NCBI GenBank assembly: GCA_965153455.1
Contig: OZ234494.1
Span: forward strand, 12,276,001 to 12,340,000
Source of the DNA: Sphagnum compactum
Lineage: Eukaryota
DNA: 64,000 nt
Direction of reading: 5' to 3'
Below are positions 25,194 through 38,653 of this stretch, piece by piece. Position 1 is the stretch's first letter. Each line of letters begins with the position of its first letter. The notes under the pieces were generated by a model that worked only from the letters and a program-made list of their open reading frames with translations, did no database searches and had not been told where the DNA came from. The position numbers were made by a program, and so were the translations under genes.

Positions 25194-25291
25194 CCTACCA
25201 ACTAACCCTAATTTCCTCCTTCCATCCATATTGAGGACACAACTTACCAACTAACCCTAATTTCCTTCCATCCATGTTGAGGACACAACTT
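25194..25291 (+). repeat. ~48-bp direct duplication containing AACCCTAA
   Basis: taccaactaaccctaatttcct...tccatccat(a/g)ttgaggacacaactt x2. Confidence 0.75.
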
Positions 25292-27744
25292 GTGTATGCA
25301 TCTATTTCTTTCAAACATTTTCACATCTAGATAACATGGAGAGTTAGTTAAAAGCTCGTTTTTGAACTATCATATTCAATATCTTTTGAACAAATGTCAT
25401 TGTAGAAATATTTTTGAACATATGAGTTGAAAATATCACGCTTCGAGGTGCCCTTATTAATTATCTTCTTCATACATCTTGTAGTTTGAGGTATTTTCTA
25501 CATGGCAAGATTAGGGTTTAAGTTGATTTCAACTTTGATTGATTCCATTGTGGTTCATTTCTAAGTTCATTCAAATTACCCAAGTTCATTTGTAAATGTT
25601 TGGTCTATTTTACTATTCATCCAAACTTGGTTCAAAGGTTCAAAGATTGATGTCATGTTTTTTTTTCTTGGGATTGTAATGATTTGTTTCTTTTTTGTTG
25701 GTGTTATTTGTGATCTTAAAATGCAAAAGGAACTAGGATTAAATAACACATTGTGAAGTTTGAAATGTTTTTTAGGTGTTTTATCTGTCGTCTTTTAGTA
25801 ATTGAACAAAGGTAACAACTTTGAAAATGATGGTCATGACATTTCACAAATAATCTTATGTCATACACCAAATATTTTTTCCCTTTTCAATTTTGTTAAT
25901 ATATATTTTTTGTAATAAATGATGCAAATTTGAAACTTCCATACATTAATAATGGTCGTTTAATCAATGGTGGAGAACATTGAGAAACTAATATCCATTG
26001 TAAATGATAATTTCGGTGAAAATCAAATACATCTATGTTTTACAATTTCATTCATGTATTCTCTTTATTTTTATGAATTTTCACAATTGCATTGTGCATA
26101 AGACAATGATTTTTTGGGTGGTGAGTTTTTGAATTTGATTTTTATTCTTAAAAGAAAATTTGAAAAAAAGTTTTTCAATGTAAGATGTGTTTGTTTAGCC
26201 CAAAAAATGCCATTTTTATATAATCAAAACTTTGACAAGAGGGGCACTATGATAATTATCAACAACATGTTTAAACAACTTATTTGTTATTAATGGCTTG
26301 CAAAGATATTCAAGAAAATATGAATGGTTTTCAAAATTTTCACAACTTTTTTGTTATTTTAAAATGGATTAATTATTTCTTTCTTATAATCTTTGATTTG
26401 GGAATGATTTTCTATCATGACAAAGTTTTATACAATATAAAAAGCCATGATATTGAGGGGTTCATGTTCAATATAAACAATGATGAAATTGAGTGTTTGC
26501 ATTAACATATTTCATTATAAATAGGAAGCACCTTTTGTTATCAAGGAACATGATCTTGGTTCATTTGATTACCATTGAAAAGTCATGAATAATCCCTATA
26601 ACATTTGTTTCTATTCAAAACACTTCATGGTAAGTTACAAAATATATTTGATGTTTTTTAGAAACTTCAAAGAAAAATTATACACATTTTTTTTCTTTAA
26701 GATTATGGTGATAAATTATTGCAATATACATCACATTTTATTGGAAAAAATATAGGGACCATGATTATTGCATGTATTAAACAAGAAAATGTAAGTTTGA
26801 GTTGCAATTTCAACGAAATAAAATCAATATATAGAAAATATATAAGCTTTCCAAAGCTAGGACCAAATGGTGATGATGATGATGATAATTTATTAGAATG
26901 AATGAAATTGTTAAGGTGTCATGCCCTTAGATCATGCACCACCCCAAAACCACACATTACACAACCATATATTTAAACTTTGGTGTACCCATTAATGGTG
27001 CATGTTTGAAAATGTGTGGTTTTAAAGTTGACATCGAATATAATCGTTGTCAAATATGACACCCCATAGTAATTCACTAACAGCATTACCAACATCATCA
27101 TCAACACCATTACCAACATCCTGCCCAATATCATTGTCATCATCATGAATGAAATTCATCCATGAATGTTTTTTTTCATTCACTTGGATGCAATTCATTC
27201 ATTGTTTATCTATAACGTAATTAAGAAGGCACTTCAAAAGGTTCTGTAAATATTTTGAATTGAAATAATTCGAAATAATTTCATTAAAAAACTTGCATTT
27301 TTGTTAAACTAGGTCACACACATGTATAAATAAATGTGGTTCTTGTCATTACCTTCAATATGTTTAATATTGGTTTAAATATGATCTTATACCATAGCTT
27401 TGTTCTTTTCATGTTTTCATATTATATCATGATCAAGTTATGTTTAAACTATGTCTTGCACATTTTATGTTCTTGTTTTGTAGTTATGTTCCATGCTTAC
27501 ATTTTAAATTAAACTTACCTTTGTCATGGTTTGTTTTAATCCTTTCGAAATCCCTTTGTTTTGGTAGTTTTCATATTCAACATCTTTTCAATGTGCATGA
27601 AATCTTTTTTCATTGAAACACATTTTGTGAATAATTGGTTTATTCCTCCTTGACCACCATGTTACAATTGTTTGGGGGGGAATTAAATTATATTTAACAT
27701 GCATATGAAAAATGTAGATTTTAAACATTATTAATGTTTATTAA

Positions 27745-27898
27745 CACTACTACAAAATGTGAGTGCAGTTCACTAGTCCCTGTTCACTAGACCAATGAAT
27801 TCACTACTTCTTCACTGGTCCCCGTTCACTACAACCAGTGAATTCACTCAAAATCCAATGAAATCACTTGGCATATAAGAACACCTTTTGTTGTAGTG
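27745..27898. mobile_element. 154-bp non-autonomous CACTA (En/Spm) element
   Basis: TIRs CACTACTACAAAATGTG / CACCTTTTGTTGTAGTG (15/17 match); 3-bp TSD TAA at 27742-27744 and 27899-27901; repeated TTCACT subterminal motifs inside. Confidence 0.85.
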
Positions 27899-30800
27899 TA
27901 ATGAGTTGGTCCAAAATCAAATTATGCATCTTGATACCTTAATGCTTTTTTAGGTTCAACAACACTCAAGTGCTAAATAATTATTTTATTTTTCAAAATC
28001 CATTTTGGTTGTAAAAAAATAATTTGTGAAATTTTGCCATTAAAAATGACAAGCTTCTTTGGCAAGTTTTAAGAACTTTGAATCTTTAACATAATGAGCC
28101 CTTTAACAACTTTTTTTTGGGAGGTGAAATTGGGGAGACATAATGTTCCACCAAATTATAGGATGAAAAATGTTGTCAATTATTGACACTTGTTTTCTAG
28201 TGGACAACTACCTTAAAGTAAAAAGCTCATGGGTTTCCACATTTTTTGTATTTTTCTTTCCTTTGTAATTTTTTTAAACTTTGGCATTTCAAACAAATAA
28301 TTTATATAGAAATTGACATTTTTCAAAATAATTTAATTCCATTGAACGCGAAAAGGTACTACTTCACAACATTTCAACCTCATGATTTTAATTTTCTTTT
28401 AATTTTCTAAGGTAAAAATAGGCATTCAACAACTTGATGTAGATAGAACATTTTTTTTAAAAAAAAAATTCACTATTTTCTCCAAATAACAACAAAACGG
28501 TGATTGATTTTTGTGTGTAGTTGAAAGGTGGTGACATTTTTTTGAAAAATAAATAAAATGTTGATTTTGGGCAAATTTTTCATAAAAACCCAAACATTTG
28601 CAACAAAAATTCCAATTTATTTTTTTTGCCATAGTGCAAAAATATGCTCCCAAAAAATCATCAATCTTGATGCACAAGAATAGTGTAAAATGTTGTGTGT
28701 ATGTAAATAATATAAAAATTTGGTATTTTCAAATAATTCATTAGAAAATTTGAAACCTTTCAATATTTCATCTAGATAAATTTTAAATGATATATGTTTG
28801 TTCAAGTGTCATTTATACCTACCTATGTGCAAGCCTAGCTAACTAACCCTATCCCCTTACATGAAAAGGCAAGTTAACATGTACATTTTTCATGGCCATG
28901 TTATCTATAAATAATATGTCATTTACATGATAACCTACCTCTTTCAAACAAATATATTTAACATGTTTCACCTATGAATCTACATGGACATGACAAGGCA
29001 CAAATTTGAAATTATACATAATTAATGATGAATTATTGGGAACGATATATGAACATAAGAGAGGAAAAAGGAGGGAAAAGGAAAAGTAATATGTTTGTTA
29101 GTTTGAAAAATAATTGTCAAACATCAATAATAACTACAATTATAAATTGGTTAATTTAGGAGTTACATTTATATTGATGGTTTTAAAATTAGACTAGAAT
29201 TCAAGCTATTTGCATTTAGTATTCAAGGTTGTTCAAAATGCCTTTTCTTATATATCTTTATAATAATAATAGATTGTTTGAGTCGTGCTTTCAAAGGTGA
29301 TATAAACCTTTACAATTTTAGCTTAAAATTACCTATTTGATTTACAATTTTGTTAACACCATTTTTTCAATGATTTTTCTCATTGATATTTGGAGAAATT
29401 AAATAATTAAATTTTTCAATATAAAATTTGTTTTCAAAAAAAAATTGTCATTTTTAAAAGATCAAAATTTTTAAAAAGGGACAAAATAATGCACCTTTCA
29501 ATTTAATTAATATTGCAAGTAATTTTTTTTAAAAAATTTAATAGAAAAAATGAAGTTGTTATGTCAAATGTTACCAACAAAAGGTACATGGAGTAATTTT
29601 AGTTGAATGGATTGGGTGCATAAGTTTAGGTTCATAGAATGAAGAGACTACCTACTATCAATATAATAAAAGAAAAATAGGGACATCATGTTAGGTGCGC
29701 TTCCCCTTTAGGATAGGATGATAATTTTAACAATGGTTTGCAACCATCCTTGTTGCAAATACTCAAAAGCTTGCATCTTAAAAAATTACTTTACATCTCC
29801 ATGGCAAGTTAGGTGTCAAGTTATGAACCAAATGTCAACACATAAGCTTCAATTAAAATAATGATAGCCAAAAAAATGGAAAGGTTTAATTCAAAGTGGT
29901 AGTTATACACAACAAATTGCTTTAAATTTTAATGGTGCAAGGTTGAAACAAACTTTATTTTGGAACGAGGAAATCGGGGACATTAAAAAATATAAAATTA
30001 GTGATTTAAAATATATATTGGTTGGAAAAAAATTATAATTTTTAGCAACATTCTATCATTGAATACTTTAAAATCAAATGTTACTAAAAGTTGAAAATTA
30101 CATGTGGAATTACCCAATGTCATTTGGAATAAATTTTTAGAAAATAAATATAGCCAATTAGTTGTTACTTGTGACATTAGTTTTGGAATGGAAAATAAGT
30201 TTGGGAATGGATAATGAAAATAGAGAAATCAATATTGTATATTTGATTATCATCAAAATTTGAAAGTTTAATCCTAATGCAAAATATGTGGAAGTCAATC
30301 ATGATTATGACCAGTTAATTATGAGAAATGAAAACATAACAAATTACATGAACACATGAACCATTATAAACTTTGTTTGCAACAATAAATTATGTATATT
30401 CTTGATGACTACAAAATATGGTTGCTCAAAAACTTAAATTACATAACTCAATTACCATAGGATTCAACAAAATGGAATTGGTTAACATTAGTCAAACAAT
30501 TATATTCTTTAGGGTATAATGTGCAAAATAGTAAAATATTCACAATGCAATTAACAAAATGAAAAAAAATGGAAGAAAAAAATCACAATAGAAAAAAATA
30601 GTGTAATGATGTGTGGTATTACAATGGTAGTATTTGGTACATGGAAATGGATCACCATGATATTTATCATAGTTGTGAACAACATGTTTTCAAAACCATT
30701 CCATCATATGTTAACAAGTGGATGTTACAACCTATTTTCATATTTGTGTATGTGAATGTGGTGCTTAAATTTTTAATTTGCGTGCACATTTTGATTTTGT

Positions 30801-33800
30801 TCATTAACTACAACATGCTTGGGTTGCCTAGCTTAGTAACATGCATGGCAAACTTCACATATAATTTCCTTGTTTAGAAATAAGAGAAATCGAGGAAGGT
30901 AAGTCTTTAAAAAGTTGACTAAAGCAACAAAGTTGTCATTGACATGGTTCATTGTGTATAAATAATTGAAATAACTTTTTTGCAACTTTTAGAAAGTTGA
31001 ATGATTATGAAATGCAATTGAATGTTTATGTTTTTAGCAAATTGAAGGGAATTGGAAGGATGTTATGACGATTTTGAAGTTAATGAGTCATGGAAGAAAT
31101 AAATGGCACCCTAGTGAAATTGAGGGGTCAATAAGATGGCAAGTTAATGCACCTTTAAGCAAATGGAAACATAACAAGAGTTCAAGGAAATGGAGATGCT
31201 GATATAAGTTGAAGGGGCATCATCTCCATGCATAGACATCATTTAACTCTACCATGTGTCATATATATGGTTAATAGTTGGCAACATATAACAACTACTT
31301 CACGCCGTCATATTGGATTTCCCAAATCTAATTCATACAATACTATAACTTGAATCCTCTTTTACTTATCAAAAACGTTGTTTCCTTCACATACGTCAAC
31401 CAATGAATTGGAAAGAGAATATTCAAAATAAGCCCGTGGAAGTCACAATGGATAACTTCATTTATTCCAAGAAAATGAACTAAAGAAGTTGAACCCAAGG
31501 GAATTTGTTGAAATGGCTTTTTAAATGAGCTTAAAGAAGTTGAAAAATAAATTAAGGAAGTTAATACAAGGCTTTCAAACAATCTTTTTTTGTACATGAG
31601 TCACCAAATTTCACCAAAAAAACCTTCTTATGGGAAAAACGTTGTCATAGTCTTGTCTACTAGCTAGCATTTTAATGGTTCTTGACCAAAAAATTTGTCA
31701 ATTAAGTTGAATTTGTTTTGGGGATGCTTGCCATAATGGCTACATTACAATTTTTTTTTTAAAAATCTTTCAAATTAAAAAGTTGCAATGAATTAAGCAA
31801 GTTAGTAACATTCTAAGGAAAGTTTATGTCGCCATTACTTTTGTATGGATATTTAATGATAATATGTACCATGGGCACAATCTTTTACTTTAACCTAATT
31901 CATTTTGTTTTATATTATCAATCATTATGCATTATGATTAAAATTTTCTAAATTTTCTTTTTGTTTATTTCATTGCCTTGTTTTGTGATTGGACTTAGGT
32001 TAAAGCTTGTCACAGTCGTTCTTATGCACTTTTGAATTCCTTGACCTTATGATGGTTTTCATGCTAATGACATACAAGGCATTTACAAATTACATTGCAT
32101 AGAATGCATTGTCTTGTTTTAAAGTTTAAAGTCATTATTTTGTATAACTTTAAATGCTTGTTAGATATCACCCCAAAAAATCATTTATGTGAAGCTAACA
32201 CATGAAGTTTTTCAACAATGAAAAAAATACAACAAAATAATGAATGGTGCACCCTAGGATTTAAATATGGATTATAACACTTCACAAAACTCATTTTAAT
32301 GTTTGACATATGAACTTTTATCTCACAATGTGTTTGTACAATTACGTATTTGAATTTATCCCACCATAATTTAAACTTTTAAGAACACCTTGATTAAATA
32401 TTGCTATTGAAAAACATCAATCTAAATACCCAAAAAAAATGTTCCATAAGATAAACATGCATACATGATTGGCAAAGTCCTTTATGGTATTAAGCTTAAT
32501 GCTTTTCAAAATCAACATTTAATCAATGTGTTAAATTAAATTTATAAATTATAAACTACATGGTGGTATGAACTTAAATATGAAATTAGATGTTAACTAT
32601 AACATCATTTGAATAATTTGAAAGTTGAACCAATTCCTTAGGTTTAAAATACAAAGGACTTGCAAATGGAGCTACAAAATGTTTTTGGTCCACCTTATGG
32701 TGTCTTTACTCTTAGTGTATGTGATTTGATTCAACTGGAATTGAAAAGATGAGATAATGGATGCATGAACGAATATTCTTGAAGGCATCAAAGTTAATGC
32801 GTGATGTCAAATCTACGTATTTTAGTGCATAAGTCCACATGCCATTACTTTGAATTACACACCACAAGAAGGGAATATAATTTCAAATGACCTTTATTTC
32901 ATAACTAGATTAAATTGAATGACCACAAATTGTCATTCTAAGTTGGAATTATGAATCATATGTTAAATGTAATTGTGCAACTTGATAAAACATTTGTGCA
33001 TCTAAGCACCACATGGAAACTTTTGACATTCAAGATACACATTAATGTAATTAAAGATAAATTAATGATAGGATATTTGGATATTTGAAGTTTGCAAAAT
33101 TGATGTAAAACCATTACTTTGACTTCTTTTTATAAAGTGCGAGGTGCACTGTAAATGACTTTTGGTAAAACTTAAATATTCATATTTATATTTAAATAAT
33201 GTTTGACCCATGATTTGCAAAAATGCCAAAGACACCTAATATTTTGGCCTATAAAAAGCAAGTTCCATAGTTCCATTTAAAACAAAACATGGTGAATTAT
33301 TGTAATATTTTTAGCATTATGGCATTTTGTTAACAAATAAATTTATTTTTTGGTTTTTCACTTCAATAGTAAAAGAAATGATTAAAAACATTCCTACAAT
33401 TGAAGCAAGGAAAAAAATGCCAAGAATTTTGCATTACTTAGGCACACCGCACCACCAAGCTTTTGGGTAGGTAATCAATAGTAATGTCAAACAAATTTCT
33501 TGAACTTTTTGCCATTATGAGTGCCAATAAATCGAATAAAATTAACATTTATTGAAAATCATTTAATTTCTACCATAATGGTAAAATAACTATGACACTT
33601 GCCAAATCAAATTATTCTTTAAACATATTTGTTTTCCAAAATTTTGTAATGAGGTTTCCAAGATTTCAATATCAACCCTTCAAACATTTTAAAATATTTG
33701 ATCCAAATGGGATGCATAATGTAAGCATGCACTTGATAAACTTTAGGACCTTTGCAATTGACAAGTAACCCATTACTTGCTTACATTTTCCTTGAAAAGT

Positions 33801-36128
33801 AATAATGAATTTCAAATTCACCTATAATAAAAATTTGAAATTTGAACATGTATTTTTAAAACTAATAACACTTTTTTTTGTTGTAATTAACCTTCAAACA
33901 TTGTAACATCCCCTATTATTCCTAGATTCCTAGCCAAATTTTGACATGTCTATGTTGTAGGAGGCATGTTATTCTTTCCTCTTTACCCTTTTGATGTCTT
34001 TGTTCATATATTTCAAAATCCATTAAAGTTTTATTTGGAACTTGAGCAATGTGAGATGAAGGTTTAACAATTATGTCCCAAGTTTGACCATTTGCTCATG
34101 TTATTTGTAATGGAATAGTCAAAATGCCCAAAAATTGTTATAAAAGGTTACCTTTCTTCGATTGAGTGTAAATGTTCATTGGATCTACATCTTTCACCAT
34201 TCATTTTTCCTTCGTACTAAGTTTCAATGGAATAGTTTTTTTTTCACCAAGCTCATATCATGCCTTCTATCTACCATAAACTTTTACTATCAATGAAACA
34301 TGGTTGTTCAATCAAATTTTCCAAACTATGAAAATTTGAAGGTTGCCCATAACTAGTAGACTTGCACTTTCAACATTGGGGATCTTCCACTCTTCAACCA
34401 AATTCCATTATCTTTTAACCAAAATATTTAGTTTCAAGTCCTCTACAACTTTACAAAATCAAAAATTTCAAAATAATAACATTTTACACGACTATTAGGT
34501 GATCACGTGGTTGCAATTCCCTCCTTTCATTTGAGACAATTATAGTCAAATGCTAATAAAGGGTTAAAATCTATGGAACCATTTAAATTGAAACTTGAAA
34601 TATAACACATTTGATTGCCTCATTAATTTTTAATAGGTTTCAATAAACAATAAGCAATAAAACATCATGTCGTTAACAATTCAAAAACAATGTTGTGTGG
34701 GTATATTGTTTTTGATATATGCTTGGGTAAAGGTTCAATTTATTTACCCATTGGATAAAAGTTTATTAACACTCAAACTTTTCCATCCAGTTAGAGTTTA
34801 ATTATACAAAGATTAATTTTTGGATAGATGGGTAAGGTTTGGTACCTTCCTATCATATAGCCCATTTTGAGGTAAAAAGAAGGGTATGCATTTTCATTTA
34901 TTTAATTAAAAATGAAGGAAAATTTTGACATTTTGACATTAAATATATATAAATTTGAGGTTAAATTCAATGTCAGAATGCAAGAATCAAAGTGTTTGAT
35001 TCATCCTTGATTAGGATAAACATGCTTTCAAAGTGAACATTTAATGTATTAAAAGACAATGGCATCATGGTTGAATTTTGGTTGGTGATGTAATTAAAAA
35101 TAATTTATAGCTCATCTTTGGGTATTACAAGAAACTTTCAAATCATTTAATTTCATTAAGTAATGTAAAAGTTATGACCTTTTTAAATAAGGGAATCTTT
35201 TATTTGAAAAGTATTTTTGTCACACACCTACCTTTTTTAACATCTGAACAACTTCAATTTTATCGCATATGATTTGCTCAAAGTTCTTGCTTTTCCTCTT
35301 CATACTTGGGCCAAAGGGAAAAAATTATAACTTCACATAGAAACTTAAATATTGTGAAGTTTCCAAAGTTTTAGTATTTTTTGGTAATTTCTTGTGATGG
35401 CAAATCAAATTGACTAGTTGCAAAAGGAAAGAAAGAAAAAGGGAAGTTGGGAAGCACCCCATTCAATTAATAAAACAAACAAAATCGAAGTTTCATTTAC
35501 CCTAATGTTTTTCACTCGAATGTTAAAACATATCCAACTTTTGGTATAATTGTATTTTATATTTTTACAAGGTTATGAATATGATATAATTTTTCAAATT
35601 AACATATTTTTGAATATGTGTTTCATTAGGGTGTGTTGATTTAGAAAAATGGGTTAAAAAAATATTGTACCCCATCTGCACTTGGGGGGTATATCCATGC
35701 GAAAGATATAAACATTGGTGAAAAGCTTTTGCAAGTGGCTCAAAGGCAAATAAGGTAGACATGGCCATCACTAAACATAAACATTTATTTTATATATTTT
35801 TCATTTCTTAAATGTTTTTGATGATTTTCATGACTATGAGGGCATCAAATGGAGGTCACAATACCTCGTTGAACTTCAAAAGCAATTAGGCAATGAAGAA
35901 GTAAGAATAGAACGAACATGTCCAAACAACGAAATGTTTGGAAAAAATGCATTTGACTTTTAAATTTTATATCTCATGTACTTCTCATTTTTTATTTGTT
36001 TTGAGTGATGTGAAATGATATGAACATGTCAACTTGAATTTTACAATCCCCTTTTGAACTCAATATGCAATTGAACTATGTTCAAGAACCTTAAGCTCCA
36101 ACTCATGACCTTGTGAAACCAAACACCA

Positions 36129-36960
36129 TTAGTGTGAACTCGGTGCATAATGCACCCGTCGAGCTCCCCCTCGCCCGGTCCTTCCCATTGCCCACTCCGG
36201 TTCTTTACCCAGGGACCCCCCCCCCCCCCCCCCCCCCCCGTCCTTCGCATTTTTCACTCTGATTTTTTAACTCGTTGATCCCCCCCACGCGTTCTCTTGT
36301 TATATATAATTAACTTCTCGCCCCGTGCTAGCCCCCCCCCGTGCAACCAAAATTAAAGACCTTAGGTTGAAATGATTGGCCTACAAAAAAATTAAAATGC
36401 CCCACTTTTTTACACACCCCACATCTTGAAAAAGGTAATTATTATACTATTATGTTTTAGACAGGTTTTTATTCATCTTGGCTTTTGCTCGTGTTTGTAA
36501 TTGATATAGATAATTCAAGACCCAAAACTAAATTAGTAAACAGTTAAAATAATTTAAAACTATAGGGTTATCTGTAATGTAAGGAAAAACATAGCACCAG
36601 AACCTTAAGTTTGGTCATAAACAGGATGAGATTAAAGAAAAACCTCCAAAACAACACATTACCATTCATTCAAGAAAAGGGGGGTGTGGGGGGTGGGGTG
36701 GGGAACCTCAGAAAACCATCAATTCTTGTGATAAACTGAGTTTCACCCTGACTCTCCTTTTTCCTGAGCGCCTCCACTGTTGCTTCACATGTTTTCACTA
36801 CTCCTACCTATACAGCTACTATAATTAGTTTCGAACCTTGCGCATTAAATGTTGGCCCCCCCTCGCCCCGTCACTTATCACCCGCTGCTTCACCGGCCTC
36901 TCCCTCCCCCACCCCCCAAAACCTCCGTCACAGAGAGACTTACTGAATTAATAGTATAGA
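36129..36960 (-). mobile_element. Complete non-autonomous Helitron (~832 bp)
   Basis: - strand 5' end a|TCTATACTATTAATTCAG at 36960; 3' hairpin GGTGCA-TTA-TGCACC (36156-36142) about 10 nt before terminal CTAA (CTRR) |t at 36129; inserted between A and T with no TSD. Confidence 0.8.
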
Positions 36961-37951
36961 TATATATGATTTACAAACCCCATATTTTCTTCATTTTGAG
37001 TTCAATATGAACAATCTTTGTGGTGATGGTTGTACCAAGTGAAGGTTCAAAATATCTCTTGAAATTCCAAAGCTATGTAACCAAGCTATGTCCAAAGATT
37101 TAAAACTTTATAAGAACTTAAGTGTTTTGACATTGCCTTAGTTAGCCCTAGTTTGATCGAATCCAATCCAAACCAAGTTATTGCAAGTTCAAGCATGCTA
37201 AAAGCAAAGGAGTTTGATAGTGTTAAAAACAAGGGATGGGACGCCCATTTAGACTCCCCATTACCGAATTACTTAAGAGGTCAAATTGTCATTTGCAATT
37301 ACATTTTGAGGAAAGCCAATTCAACTTTTGTTTCATGGACTTCTCATGCCAATCCATGGCTTTTAACTGGGGTTGGTTGAATACTTGCTTTGGTAGGTAA
37401 AAACCATCAATTAGTTAGTAATAATCAAATAGGAATTAATTTTGATTTTTTGAACTAGAACTCACATCAAAATAAAATATTTTTGGGCATAAGAAGTAGA
37501 CTTGAAATTGGATTAGTGATTTTATTTATGTGTGAAATTGGAATTGTAATAACCCTCTTTTATGGGCGAAAGATAACATGGATTGGATTATGGGATTAAC
37601 TCATGGTTAATCGACAGTTAACTTTTGATTTCGATCTTGATTATTATGCCTAGGATTGATGTTCTCCACTTCTTTGTCAAAATTTTATTTATTTAAAAAA
37701 AAAAAAAAACAAGGTTCAATAGTTTGAAACTTAATTTTCCAGAATTTCAACAATTGAGAATAAATATGCAATACATCTTTGTGTCGTCCATTTATAATAG
37801 TAACCCAATGATTTTCAATTTTCAACAATTTCAACAAATAAATAAATAAATAAATATATTGCATATTATTTTGTACCAAACATTAGTCATAAGTACGATA
37901 TTAGAACCAAATGAAAAACAAGATTGAAACTATGTGATGAATGTGGGGATT

Positions 37952-38099
37952 AGGCTAGTGATTTTTTAAATTTTATTTTATTTTCCAATTTTGTGAAATT
38001 AGCAAAAATAGTCAAATTTACACTAGAAAACCCCAATAAAAAATTAAAAAAAATCTCTATTTTTTGTGGGAAAAGAAAAGAAAAGAAAAATCACTGCCT
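37952..38099. mobile_element. Short MITE-like element
   Basis: aggc(t)agtgatttttt ... aaaaatcactgcct inverted termini around an AT-rich core. Confidence 0.45.
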
Positions 38100-38199
38100 G
38101 TGCTCCCTCCCTCCCCCCCCAGTGAGGGCAGAATTCTGCTGTTCATGACCTGGTCTCTAGTACAAAATACATGAACATATACGTAACAAATACCTTGTT

Positions 38200-38526
38200 A
38201 ATAATTAGTATACTATACTTGATACGTATATTATTAGGATATACTGTACAGCACGTTGGCCCATGTGACTACGGTATATTTATACGCAACATTGGTACTG
38301 TATTCGTTACGTATTTTTAGGATACACTTTACAGCACGTTGACCCATGTTAATGCGGTGTTGATTATACTAGTATACTTGTTACATACTGTTTGGATATA
38401 CTGTACAGCACGTTGGTCCATGTTAATACGGTGTATTTTATACAACAGGGTATTATACTAGTTACGTACTTTTTGGATATACTGTATAGTAGCGTTGGCC
38501 CTTGTTTACTACGGTATACTTATACG
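38200..38526 (+). repeat. ~80-bp degenerate tandem repeat x4 immediately upstream of the FAM114-like gene
   Basis: ggata(t/c)act(g/t)tacagcacgttg(g/a)(c/t)ccatgt..(c/a)t(a/g)cggt recurs at ~38237, 38320, 38394, with a more diverged copy at 38475. Confidence 0.85.
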
Positions 38527-38653
38527 GAGGAGGAGCTCTGTTTTTTTTGAGCTTCGAGGGTTGAAGACGTCGTGAAGGAAGCTCTGGCGGGTGAGTGGCG
38601 GATTTTGCTTCTTGCCGTGCTTTTTTTTGTGTTAGCGCAGCAGCGAAGGAGAG

